A stretch of DNA of 49,432 bases, counting the filler, from Mitosporidium daphniae (lineage: Eukaryota), in assembly GCF_000760515.2 (NCBI RefSeq). It is 2 parts of 2 records of this genome, joined end to end, with 100 filler letters (N's around TTAATTAATTAA, not from the genome) between each part and the next. Parts side by side here need not be neighbours in the genome. Positions count along the whole stretch, not along the records: positions 1 to 25,187 come from NW_013546148.1; 1 more part is not named here. One strand, written 5' to 3'. This document shows positions 12,219 to 23,147 of this stretch, piece by piece (the first letter of the stretch is position 1; each line of letters begins with the position of its first letter). Position numbers and translations under genes: made by a program. Below the pieces are notes generated by a model, which made no database searches, was not told the origin of the DNA, and saw only the letters and a program-made list of their open reading frames with translations.

Positions 12219-14237
12219 TTAGATCTCCGCAGCAAGGGCGCCGAGGTCGGTGTCGGAAGAGATATTGTCCGAAATAAGATCTTCTTCGTCTAGTTGCGAA
12301 GAGGACCTCTTTCGAGGGGCGGAAAGCTCCGTAATGTCTTCTAAATTAGTAGATTCATCCGTGTTGACAGATCCAAGTGACCCTTCATCTAGATCCACAT
12401 CTCTATTATAATTTTCCTGGTCCTCAGCTTCCAACTGGGCCAGGAAGTCTTCGTCTTCCTCTGCTAATGGCAATGTAGCCTCATTCATGGGAATCCAGTC
12501 ATATACGTTCCAAAGATATAGGGTTTCCGGTTGTCGTTGGAAACTCCATATAGAATCCCAGAGCCATTGAAGGCGCACGATGGCTACTGAAGATCCCCTG
12601 CGCGCTCGCACAAGCCTCGCTCTTTCCGTTTCCGGCTACCATAAAGAATGGCCACTTACATTGGACGCAACTAAATGTGTAATTGAGAAAATAGAGTCGT
12701 CTTCTTCCCCAGTCTCATTGGTATCGTCAAATGTGAGCATGTAACAGATTGCACCAAATTCACTTGCTCGGCGCCAAATCTCCGAGCTAACCACAGGGAG
12801 AATAAATCTCAAGTACGTACCGTGTAGGATCTACGTTAAGGGGAATCACACCCGTAAATGCGATAGAAACGCCAGCAAGAATGCGAGACTTGAGCGCCGG
12901 TAGCAGCACCTTGGGTCAATTTTGCAGGATACCTTCATATCTACACCATTGGTCGCGGCACATGAGGGCGACCCAAAGAGCGAAGACGGAGATGAGAGCA
13001 CGTTTGCAGCATCTCCACCACCACCCTCGATGATGCGCCGAATGACGCGGTCATAATTACGGAAAAAAGCGCATGTAAATCATCGAGGATCTGCTCAATG
13101 CGGTTAAACAAGGTCTCGTCAGCCTTCTGCGTCGTATAGTCGACCCAGAGGGTGTTGGAGGACATTGGGATGGATATAGAATGCTTTTCAGAGAGGGCTG
13201 AATCAGCTTGGTCTATTTGCGACGGGTCCGTCTGTAATACGGCGTGTGAATTCTCTGGGCGAGCAGGTTGTTGTTGCCAGTTGATATCGCCGGTGTTTGA
13301 AAAGAAAAAGTCTACAATAAATCAATGCCCATACATGGACGCACGTGAATCAAATTGGGCGAGTGTGTCCAAACATCTGACCTATCATCGAGAATCAAAA
13401 CCATTGCATCTTCACAAGGAAAAATTCTCGAGAGCTCCTTTTTGGTCCAGTCTATGATAAAATCTCCACTAGATGCCCTTTGTATGGTCTCTGGTCACAA
13501 TTCGGTCGAAAAAAAAGGTCCCTGTAGGATCAAGCAGCCGAGCTACGGCTAATCCGTAAGAATGGCTGCCCATCGTGTATATGTGGAGCTCGAATTTCTT
13601 AGAAATTCGTTCTAAAAAGCCATGGACAGTGTTTCTGCAGGAAAGTCGGGATATTGCCTACCTAAGCTTAATATAGTGGGGAATCCCGCTTTCATCGTCT
13701 TCAAGAATAACCCTGTGAATATCCATTTCCTTGCACAGCGACTCGGAGGCGGGTTTATTCTCTATGAACCAGGAATCAACGAGAGAGCTCGTTGTGGCAT
13801 GAACCAAAGTCTGATCCAAATCGACAACAAGCGATAGCTTCCGGGCCTTTATGAGTCGTGCTGCTGTGGCGCGCTCCAATCTTTGCGCCTCCTGGAGAGA
13901 AGGAAATTACGTCTTACAGAAAGGGAGACAGAAACAGACATTGGTGCCGAAGAGCCCGATACAAGTTCGATTGTTGTTCTTCGATCAGCAAACAGCTCCG
14001 CGCTACATGCATAAAGATGGCGTGTCCAAACCTCGTAGAAAGATCATTCCCGCATAGGGCACACATTCCGTTCACCTGAACGTCATGAGTACAAGGAGGA
14101 TCCAAAGCTTCAGCACGCGTAACAGGGTCATTCTGCTCCGTCACTATATTAACTTTGTCCCCATCAAGGTCCTGGACATGTTGTTCGTATTCGGGGACCG
14201 GAGGATCTTCACGGCGGGTGCCGCTATTGGTATCCAT
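12219..14237 (-). CDS. FCP1: RNA polymerase II CTD phosphatase
   Basis: CTHDVQVNGMCALCG, LSLVVDLDQTLVHA (DxDxT), FELHIYTMG, ILDDRSDVW, C-terminal BRCT (WLWDSIWSFQRQPETLY) and acidic tail; many short introns. Confidence 0.93.
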
Positions 14238-14246
14238 TAAATTTTA

Positions 14247-15100
14247 TTAAAAAAGGCGGGAATAGGCCGCTCTCTCTTTCCTTTCTTGTTCAGCTATGTG
14301 GGTCTTGATGACAGCAATGTGAGCATCAATTGCAGGATCAACTTGTGAATTTAGCTTCTTGGCCTTCTCAGCTTCCAATAATGCTGCAGAATATTCATGC
14401 ATGCCATCAAGGGCAATGGAGAGGCGGAGAAGTCCCTTGACGCTTGAAGAGATTAAATTCTATCGTCAACTAGTGATGGGTACCTTGTTTTCATTTGCAA
14501 GCCTAATATTATCGCCATACGCCCCAAGCTTATTATTGACAAGAAGAAGATTTAGCAAGATCGACGTGTAAAGTTGCGAGGTGACGTGAAACTTTTTCAG
14601 GTATCCATGAGCCCTTGAATAAAGCCTAGCAGCTTCTGCAAACGAGCCTCCGCCATATAGCTCATTAGCTTGTAGTTTGATAGACTCTGACACATTCACG
14701 GCTTCTTCCACAGTCGTGGGCTCAGCATAAAAGTCTAGAAGCTCTACCTGATGACGATAAAACCATAAAAGCATACATCAAAAATAAGGGTAGAGTTTGC
14801 GGGAATCGCTGGTGGAGATCCTGTAGCTCCGTATGCCATTTCTGGCGCGCAAATAAGGTTGCTGCGCTCAGTGCGATGCATCGTAGCAACTCCCAAATCC
14901 CATCCCTTGATGACCTCGCCCTTGCCAAGAATGAAGGAAAATGGTTCCCCGCGAGTGCGACTAGAATCAAAAGTAGAGCCATCTGCTAGTAATGACCCGG
15001 TATAATGAACAAGCACGCGGTCTCCCGGCTGTGGAGACTTTTCCAAAGGTGCGGCTCGTATGATTTGCTTACAAAGTCCCTCTGCAATCTCGATTTCCAT
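14247..15100 (-). CDS. FKBP-type PPIase with TPR domain (FKBP4/5-like, one FKBP domain)
   Basis: VLVHYTGSL...FDSSRTRGEPFSF...VIKGWDLGV...AYGATGSPPAIPANSTLIFDVELL, then TPR (KLQANELYGGGSFAEAARLY); ends ERAAYSRLF*. Two introns. Confidence 0.9.
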
Positions 15101-15192
15101 TTTAAATAGTAAAATTTACACCGTGCCGATGCGATTAATGATTTTTGATGCACCACATGGTTCGCCCAACCCTGTTGACATTAAAATTACTT

Positions 15193-15860
15193 TCAAGTTC
15201 TAGAAAATTGGATAAATCTTCCCACGGGCAGCGTGATGGGACCATGTAGCTCTACATTTAGGGCTCTCTTGAAAGGACTTGATAGTGCAACATCCGACAA
15301 GATCTGGGAGCTGAATCGAGATATTTTATAGCTTTCTCTGGCATGTAAATTTCTCTTTATGTGTCGAAAAGCTCGACCTGAAAGACTCGACTCGAAACCC
15401 GAGTCTCTTTTTTGGTCAAAATCAATCAGAAAAGTCATCTGATCAAGTAGCTGGTTCCAAGCATGTTTAAAAACCTAAATGGGCCCACTCTAAGCTTACG
15501 TGTCACTTTGTTGGCTCATGGTACCTTTGTTATTTGATCATTTATTGATACAACCCACCATTTAAGACATTGATAAGTAGTTCCTTGAAAATCCAGCCTT
15601 TAAGAATAATCTGCGCGAATGATCTATTAATGAATCACAATTAAGTCCTTTAATTTGGAACGGATAATAAACTTGTGCCTTTTAGTTTCTATTTATACTT
15701 TAGATTTTGGTTCCTTGTACTTACCAACTGTATGCAGCTGGAACGGATGGACCGATGGAAAAGAAGAAACTCTAACCCTAATTTGAAATTTAGAGGCATG
15801 CTGGGATCAAGTGAAATGTACCCTGGACTTTGACTCAATCGATATATTAATTTGTCGCAT
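15193..15860 (-). CDS. Possible small multi-intron gene, unrecognised
   Basis: Several consensus-like donors on minus (GTACAT, GTAAGT, GTAAGC) with nearby AGs allow a spliced ~90-aa model starting MRQINISIESKSR; a separate 81-aa ORF lies at 15193-15438. Confidence 0.3.
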
Positions 15861-15985
15861 TAAAGAGATAAAGAATTGAGGCCCTCATGTATCACTTAAT
15901 CTTCCAAGTTGTCAGAAAGACTATGCAAAAGTTTACATGGCTTAGCGAGTCGGCGTGAATATTTAATGATAAAATACAGAAGGAA

Positions 15986-16636
15986 TTAAACCAATATCGA
16001 CGTAAAGCCATCTGTTTTGGTCCCCTGAAGAAGCCCTACAATCACCCCAAACAGCCCGACTGCAGAGGCAAAAATTTCTATTAGAAGCACTTTCAAGAAA
16101 ATAGAATGATTCTGTGCGTCTGCAAGCGCAACAGACGAGCCGGAAATTCCAACTGCGATGCCGCAAATAAAATCACAAAACCCGACAGTCAACCCACCCC
16201 AGAATATGGCGAATCCTGCGGTAAATCAAATGAAAAAACCTGTGTAAATATTTGTCGGCGTAACTGCGTATAGCCCCGAAATCCGCGTGGAAAATACAAT
16301 GGCAATGACAAGCCCGTAAATGCCGACCGCTTCGCAAAAAAGGATTGAAATTAGATTTTTCATCTTGATTCGGTGGTCGCGAACGGCAGCCCCAGAAAGA
16401 GTCGATCCAACGATCCAGATTCCCCTAGAAATCAATGGAAATATGTACCAGGCCGCACCGACGACAGACAGTCCAATACATGCTGCTATACCGATTGCAG
16501 CCCAGTAGTAAGGATGAACTTGCAGCAGAAATGAAGCCACATCAAAATATTCTATTTGCCCCGTAATAAGCATATAAGTGCCAAAGAAAACGACAAATGT
16601 AGTGACTGCAACGAGGAGCGAAGTGACTTTGGACAT
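15986..16636 (-). CDS. VMA16: V-ATPase proteolipid subunit c''
   Basis: PYYWAAIGIAACIGLSVVGAAWGIW, KNLISILFCEAVGIYG, FLKVLLIEIFASAVGLFG. Introns 16425-16448 and near 16218-16240. Confidence 0.93.
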
Positions 16637-16698
16637 GAAATTATAAAATCGAAATTTTTTGATTTATTAAAATTACGAATTATATTTTCACCTGCGCA

Positions 16699-17600
16699 CT
16701 ACAGTACCAGCTCCTTGATAGCTCCAAGCGAAAGATCGGACTGCCAAGCAGGCAATGGCATTGCATCCTGAATTTTCGACTCTTTTTCTTTTGAGGAAAC
16801 CAAGATATCATCGCCTTGTGAGCAAATCAGTGCTCTTAATGATATCAACTGCCCTTCCCATTCTTTGATACTTTCTCGCAATTGCTCGTTGGCAGAGTTT
16901 TGCACCTATCTTATAAAAAGGCAGTTACTTGAGGAAGAAGTCTATTTATGCGCTCTATTGACTCTGTCAAGCAATCTATTTGAGCTCGAGCTTCAAATTC
17001 CGAATTAGACCACGTTTGTATTTTTTCTCTACTTTCATCAATCAACCTTTTCATAGAGTCGCATTGGTCAAAGACCTTTTCTTTTAAAGCTTGCTGTTCA
17101 AGTTTAATGCGATCAATTGATGTTTTCAGTTCATTAATTTCCTGTAACAGGCGATCCGATTCAGACTTCAAAAATGGCCATCCAGTGATCCAATTTTTAA
17201 ACAAATTCTAATGGAAAAAATCAAGCACCATTGTGGGTACCGTTACATAGGAAGCAATCAATACAGAGGCTCCGCCAGCTAGAGTTCCCCAAATAAGAAT
17301 GTCACTCCACGGTGTTGTGTGATTTCTTTTTGAATAAACAACTCTTTCAGGTAGCTTTGGTTGTTTTTGTGGAACGTCTTCTTTTGGAAATGCAATTATT
17401 TTTTGTTCTTCCGATGAATTTACTTTGTTTTTATCCTGTGGATTTTCTTGTTCAGGGTATGCTCGCTTAAGTGCCTCTTCAACCTCTTCCGATGTAAGCC
17501 CCTTCCCCTCGAGAAAAGTAATTCTTTTGGATAGCGGCGATGACTTTACTTTGGCATCCATTAGAAATGATATTGCCTGAGCCAAAAGATCTTCCCTCAT
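16699..17600 (-). CDS. PEX14: Peroxisomal membrane anchor protein Pex14
   Basis: Pex14_N signature MREDLLAQAISFLMDAKVKSSPLSKRITFLEGKGLTSEEVEEAL, TM (WSDILIWGTLAGGASVLI), coiled coil, C-terminal LPAWQ; two short introns. Confidence 0.9.
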
Positions 17601-17685
17601 TCAGAGATAAATTAAATTGCAAATCAATTTGTAATTTAAAACGGCAAATGTAAAAGCACGCTCAGACGGACTTGATTGGCAGCAT

Positions 17686-17735
17686 TCCAACTGCACATCC
17701 AACTGCACATCCAACTGCACATCCAACTGCACATC
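17686..17735. repeat. Tandem repeat TCCAACTGCACA x4
   Basis: Four perfect 12-bp units read directly. Confidence 0.95.
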
Positions 17736-17958
17736 TCGAGATAATGCATAAATGATAGCCACAAATGGAAACAAAAAACATGCTTTTGGCTATTTGTCGA
17801 TCATAATTCCATCTCAGATTCATGGGGTGAATGAGGCCAACGAATGAGCACCGATTTTAACTTTATCTTAATCGGTGTGTATGTAAAGAGCATAGATCGA
17901 TCGCATATTAATAGGCGATTTTTGTTGGCACATAATTGGTTGCGAAACCCGTCTTTTA

Positions 17959-18763
17959 CTATTTTTTACTGAAGCTTACCCGAATCTCGTGAGAAGGTAA
18001 AATCTGGTATTTATCGAGCGCCAATCGAGCAGCATTTGCGAAAACATCATTTTCATATTCTACAAACGCAATATCCTTTTTGGAGGGCACCAGACGAACT
18101 TCTTTGAACCCAAGGTGGCTCGCGAAGAGCGAGTTGAGCCTTTCTTCCGGGGCTTCCAAGGAGGGGATGTTCTGTACAAATAAAATTTTGCTTGGCAGAC
18201 CCAGGTCAGCACCAACACCAATTGAGCCTAAAATAAAGCCAACAATATTACCAATCGACTGGGACGTCGAGATTTGATGCAACAGTTGTGACCTGGTTGG
18301 CTTCTGGATCGCAGACTGGCTCCCTATAATAGATGTTAGACACTGCAAAGGTACTTTTGTATTCATCTTGCCTAGAACGCTGCTCTTCATAATCTTGGTC
18401 CTTTTTTGAAGAAATGTAGGATTTAAACCGAGCGAATCGCACAACAATGGGCTTGTGCAAGATTATGCTTCCTTGACGAGCAACAAGAGCTTTTGAGGCT
18501 TCTTCTACCGAATCGAAAGCAACAAAAGCTTGTCCCTTCATTTTCATGTTTTTTTTGATTTTGATATCCAGAATCTTTCCAAAGGGACAAAATGCGTAGA
18601 AAAGCTCCTTTTGGAGCAGGGAAATCGACGATTTCTCATTTAAATTCTGGACATAAAGAGTTGACGAGGGAACGCCCACAAAAGTGCCCTCGCCGGCAAC
18701 GATTCCGGAAGTCGGTGGAGCCATCGAGGGGGGCGCAGAATATTGATGAGCAACTGTGGACAT
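17959..18763 (-). CDS. U1A/U2B''/SNF-family snRNP protein (two RRMs)
   Basis: TLYVQNLNEK...FGKILDI...MKGQAFVAF; second RRM PSKILFVQNIP...GFKEVRLVPSKKDIAFVEY...IRVSFSKK; one intron near 18322-18352. Confidence 0.9.
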
Positions 18764-18802
18764 TGAAAATTTTTTATTTTAAATCCTTTTTAAATACAAT
18801 TC

Positions 18803-21428
18803 ATGCAGCATCTTCAAAGCAACTCGGTTGTGGCCTCGAAGCTTCCCGCGTTTCCGAATGGTGCTGGGATATCTCGTCTCTCGCAAGACGTTTTTGAAAG
18901 CCAATCTCCTTTTGTTCTTTGCAAAAATTCATTGCTGCACAATTATGTGTTCTGCTGCACTGGAATTCCCCCCAACGAAAGGGTAATTCCGTTTCTTACC
19001 GTAGATAATACTTGCCGGGATCATTGAGAAATACGGTGGGCTTCTTAGCAGGCATCTGACCAACAGAGTTACCCACTTGCTCGCTCGAAAGGCAGAACCC
19101 ACAGAGAAATACAAAGTGCCCTGTTTATCTCCAACTCCTAGATGGCCGTTTTGACGTTGAAAATTCCGGTCATCCACTGCGATTTTATTTATAAAGTCGA
19201 TTTGACAGGCTCGGCTTCGGTACCATTTAACCCTTGTGATTTTAGGATGAACTTTTGCATAATTTCAGGATCAAGCCTTTGACTGGGGTGTTAATTTGTA
19301 TCACCGGCCTTCCGTTGGAAACGAGAGAGGCTCTTAAAATGCTGATCGAAAACAATGGAGGCTCGTATTCGTGTGATCTTACACGCTCATGCACCCATTT
19401 GATTGCCGAGGTAATTTTGGCATGTGCCTTTTGTAGTGCTTTGATAATGGGCCAAAATGCACCTATGCCGCCAGATGGAACATTCCCATTGTGCGTGTGC
19501 AATGGATTCACGATTCCATTTCTGCGGGAAGTTTGAATTCGCCCATTTTTCATGTAGACACGGTATGTGATGACACCCATTTGGTGACATTGAATCAACC
19601 AACCGTCCAACAAAATCAACACCAAATGCCTGCTTTATCAGACGCACAAGCAAAAATATTTTCAGGCCTAGTTTTCAGCAGCACTGACATTGAGGAATCC
19701 AAAGTTTGCTATTAGGATTTTCTTATCGATAGAAATTAAAGCTGGCAAAACTGGTGCGCATCCATGGAGGAAATTTCGTCGCAAACAAATGCACCGGGAT
19801 AACAATTTGTCCGTGGGAGTTTTGCTCTTTTGTCCAAGGCTCTTCATATGTGACCGAACATTGGTTTGAGATGGTCGTTCAGGTATCTTTGCTTTGCAAT
19901 ATTTCTTCAGAGGGAGCTTTTTATTGATCCAGAATCTTCGATCTTCTTTCGCCCATTTCGGCTATATGTGGATGTTGGGTCGAATTTTATTTTTGCAAAC
20001 AAAATATCGATATCTCTCACCGGTTTTGAAGGGCTGGAAAGGGATTACATCACAGCATACTTGAATTCGATTGGGTGCTCATCGGTTCATACCCATCTTA
20101 CTAAAAATATGGATTTACTTCTTTGTGTCAATGGAAGTAAATCGTTGGGCACCCCACAGAGCCCGGAGCTTAGCGAGTCTTTGGTTAATTCTCAAAAATA
20201 CATTGCCGCCTGCAAATGGGGCCTACCGACACTTGATTTTAGGTACACGTGAATTTGTAATTTTTAGGTTCGTATTTGGGGGGGCCCATATAAACGACCC
20301 GGCCGCTTTGGATGCCTTTATTTTGGGCTCTAAAAAAAACTTCACCTCTTTGTACAGGAAAATTGGACAGCCAGACCGACAGACCGATCATTGTGTTACG
20401 AAGAAGCACGATTTCTTGCCTAGCCCTATTCCGATCTCATCCCAGGAGCTACATTCTAACGAAGTTGACTTTTTCTTTAAATCAATCACAAGCTTTGCAG
20501 GAAATTCGTCTGCAAATAACGTCGACCTCCACCATCAGCCTTTAAAGGACATGCCCGATTCGCCGCATTTGAAAGCGAACAACAAAAGAAGGAGCAGCTT
20601 GCTTTCTAACGAAGATACACGCTCCAATATACCGGTTTACAAGGAAAACGACGTGTCTTCAGAATATTCGTCCCCAACATTTTCTCAAGATTTCAAATCC
20701 AATATTGCATTTGGGCTTCATCGAGCTGGGCTGGCCTTTTCTGATCTCCCTAACCGGGATCAAAAGGCAAGCTTATCCCTATTCAAGGGATGTGTAATAT
20801 GTTTCTCTCAGCGTCTTTGGGTAATTGACTGGGCTATTTATTTATGTGTTAGCATCGACGATCCGAGTACGTTGATATTGTGGAAGAGCGTGGTGGAGTT
20901 ATCACATGGTCGTTTTCTTCGCAAGTCACTCATTTTGTGCATCGTACACTTGGAATTATTGATTCACATAGAGGGCGCAAAAGCGGAGGAAAGATTTCGC
21001 GAGTTTAGGCTTGCCAAGAGCAGAAGTATTCCGATCGTGTCCCCTTGGTGGATTTTGGAGGTACATTGACACTTTTGCTGACGTTTTAGTCAAATGACAT
21101 GTGCTGCCTATTGCCCACACAGGCATATCCCCATACATATGACCCCATGCGCAGTCTTCAATTTCACGTTCCCGAGTCTGAAGATGCCACTGCGAATTCG
21201 GTTTGTAAAACGACCGGCATGCCAGCCCCCTCAGCGCCAAACGATGCACCAACATTTGTCCACTTTTTGGACCAAATCCTTCAGCAGAGGAAGGATGCAT
21301 GTCCCATTTTGTATTCTCCATCTCCATTTGTCGGCGATGCTAACCCCATCACCTCGGAGCCAGAAGGCGAAGATTTTTCCTCGATTCTGCTCAAAAACTC
21401 TGCCAAACGTACCCATCCATCCAATTGA
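18803..21428 (+). CDS. Multi-BRCT scaffold, TopBP1/Rad4(Cut5)/Dpb11-like
   Basis: Repeated BRCT signatures: VFCCTGIPP...VTHLLA...TEKYK; LICITGL...NGGSYSCDLTRSCTHLIA; ISLTGFEGLERDYI...KYIAACKWG; LFKGCVICFS...IVSPWWI; many short introns. Confidence 0.85.
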
Positions 21429-21607
21429 AGTAACTGTAGACCTGTGTACAAATTCGATAAAAATATCGTACGACCCGGGGCCCCTTTTCGCCAATGCCGT
21501 TCATCACAATGGCCAAGCGTTTGTATCAAATTGTGGTGGGCCCAAAAATTAAGGCTCCAAATTTCGCTGTTAATAATAAATCCCCCTTTAATTTTACAGA
21601 AACATAC

Positions 21608-23080
21608 ATGGAGTGGGCCCAATATCGCAGGCTGCAGATCGAGCGCATCTCAAACTTGTCCGGAGGCAGCATGATCGAGGTGCTCCTGATAACCAGCATG
21701 TTTCATGTAACATCGTTGCGTCCTTTCTTCTAGGCATCAATTTCCTTTCTCAATGTGATTCTTCCCACATTGGGGGTCAAATGGTCCACATTTTCGCCGC
21801 TTGCTAGATTGTGCATGGAGAATTTTTTCATCGTCGCGCTTCATGTTGTGATCCTCGTCAACCCGTCCTTTCTTTTGTACTTTTACGCATTGATGTTTTT
21901 TTGCTGCTTGTTTCTTTTCTTGTGCTCAAAAAAGCGATTTTTTACTGGGATCCCTCATTCCAACTTTGAGCTTTCCACTGTTAGAGCATCCATATTTTTC
22001 CAGACCTATCTTTCGATTTTTGCGGTCGATTTTTCCGTTTATCCTCTCAGATTTGCAAAGACCGAAACGTACGGAATATCATTGGTATTTGGCATTTGTT
22101 ACATTGTAGATGGATATTGGCGTCGGGTGCTACATCGGAATCAACGCCGCCAACGCTAGCTATCGAAACCTTAGAGCGAAAAGCACCACGCATTTGGCAA
22201 GCAAGCCTTCCACAAACTTGCTGCTGCGAATTGGACCCCTTTTGGCGTTGAGCCTATTGCGACTAATTTCCCTCAAACTTGTCGGATATCCAGAGCATGT
22301 CTCGGAATACGGCATCCACTGGAATTTTTTCCTCTCCCTTGCTATGATTGCCTTATTTTGTGATCTCATCCGCAGATATCTTCCGCCATCGTCTTTTTAT
22401 TTTATTGGTAACGACTTTTCATTTATCTTCAGGTCTTGGCTTGGCTATCTCTTTCCTATGCGACATCATTTTCTATCTTTTTGATCTTGTTCCCATCATC
22501 CTGTCCAATGAAATAAGGCCCGTTCGCTTGGATTCGTTTACCGACTTTGTCTTAATGAATAAGGAAGGAATTGCTAGCTTACCCGGTATTGCTTGCAAAA
22601 AATTATTTCTTAGGCTACATTTCCATTTACTTGATCATTTATGGATCGTGTTTTGGCAATAAGAAGATGTTTTTGACGCCATTATTCTTGATGGCATATT
22701 TTTTCTGTGACGCCTTTGTTGCGACAGCCTCTAGACGTCTTTGCAATTGTGCATTTGTATTTTGGGCCGTTTTTTTTCTATTATACCACTCTATTCTCTC
22801 AACCACAATAAGATCGTGTTTGAATGCTCCATCAGAGCGGCCCATGAAAGAAGGAGCTCCAAAAATACCCAACATCCAATTTGGAGATGCTCTTGTTGAG
22901 GCCATCAATTACTCGCCACTTGTTACATTTTTATTTGCCAATCTGTTAACCGGCCTTGTTAATATGACCATACAAAGCTTGTTTCTAAGTCAGGGTTTAT
23001 CGTGTGTACTTGTACTTTTGTATGGCTGTATAGTTGGATGTGTTGGGCATTTTTTGAAGCTCTATTATGCAATAAAATGA
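21608..23080 (+). CDS. GWT1: GPI inositol acyltransferase (Gwt1/PIG-W)
   Basis: [83 protein letters not shown]; multi-TM. Confidence 0.92.
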
Positions 23081-23147
23081 ATTTTTGGCGCCTGCATGCG
23101 TGGAAGAGATGCAAACGTATGTTTGTTTGTAACATTTATTTATACAA

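Noticed and set aside
15717..15726. TACTTACC as the U1 snRNA 5' end; also ACTT...TGGCAG near 17670
   Set aside because: Neither has the full ACTTACCTG or U1 stem-loops; the first is simply the antisense of a GTAAGTA donor.
17686..17735. Short direct repeats (also 27083-27121 and 4229-4280) as a CRISPR array
   Set aside because: Head-to-tail units with no spacers, no cas genes, eukaryotic context.
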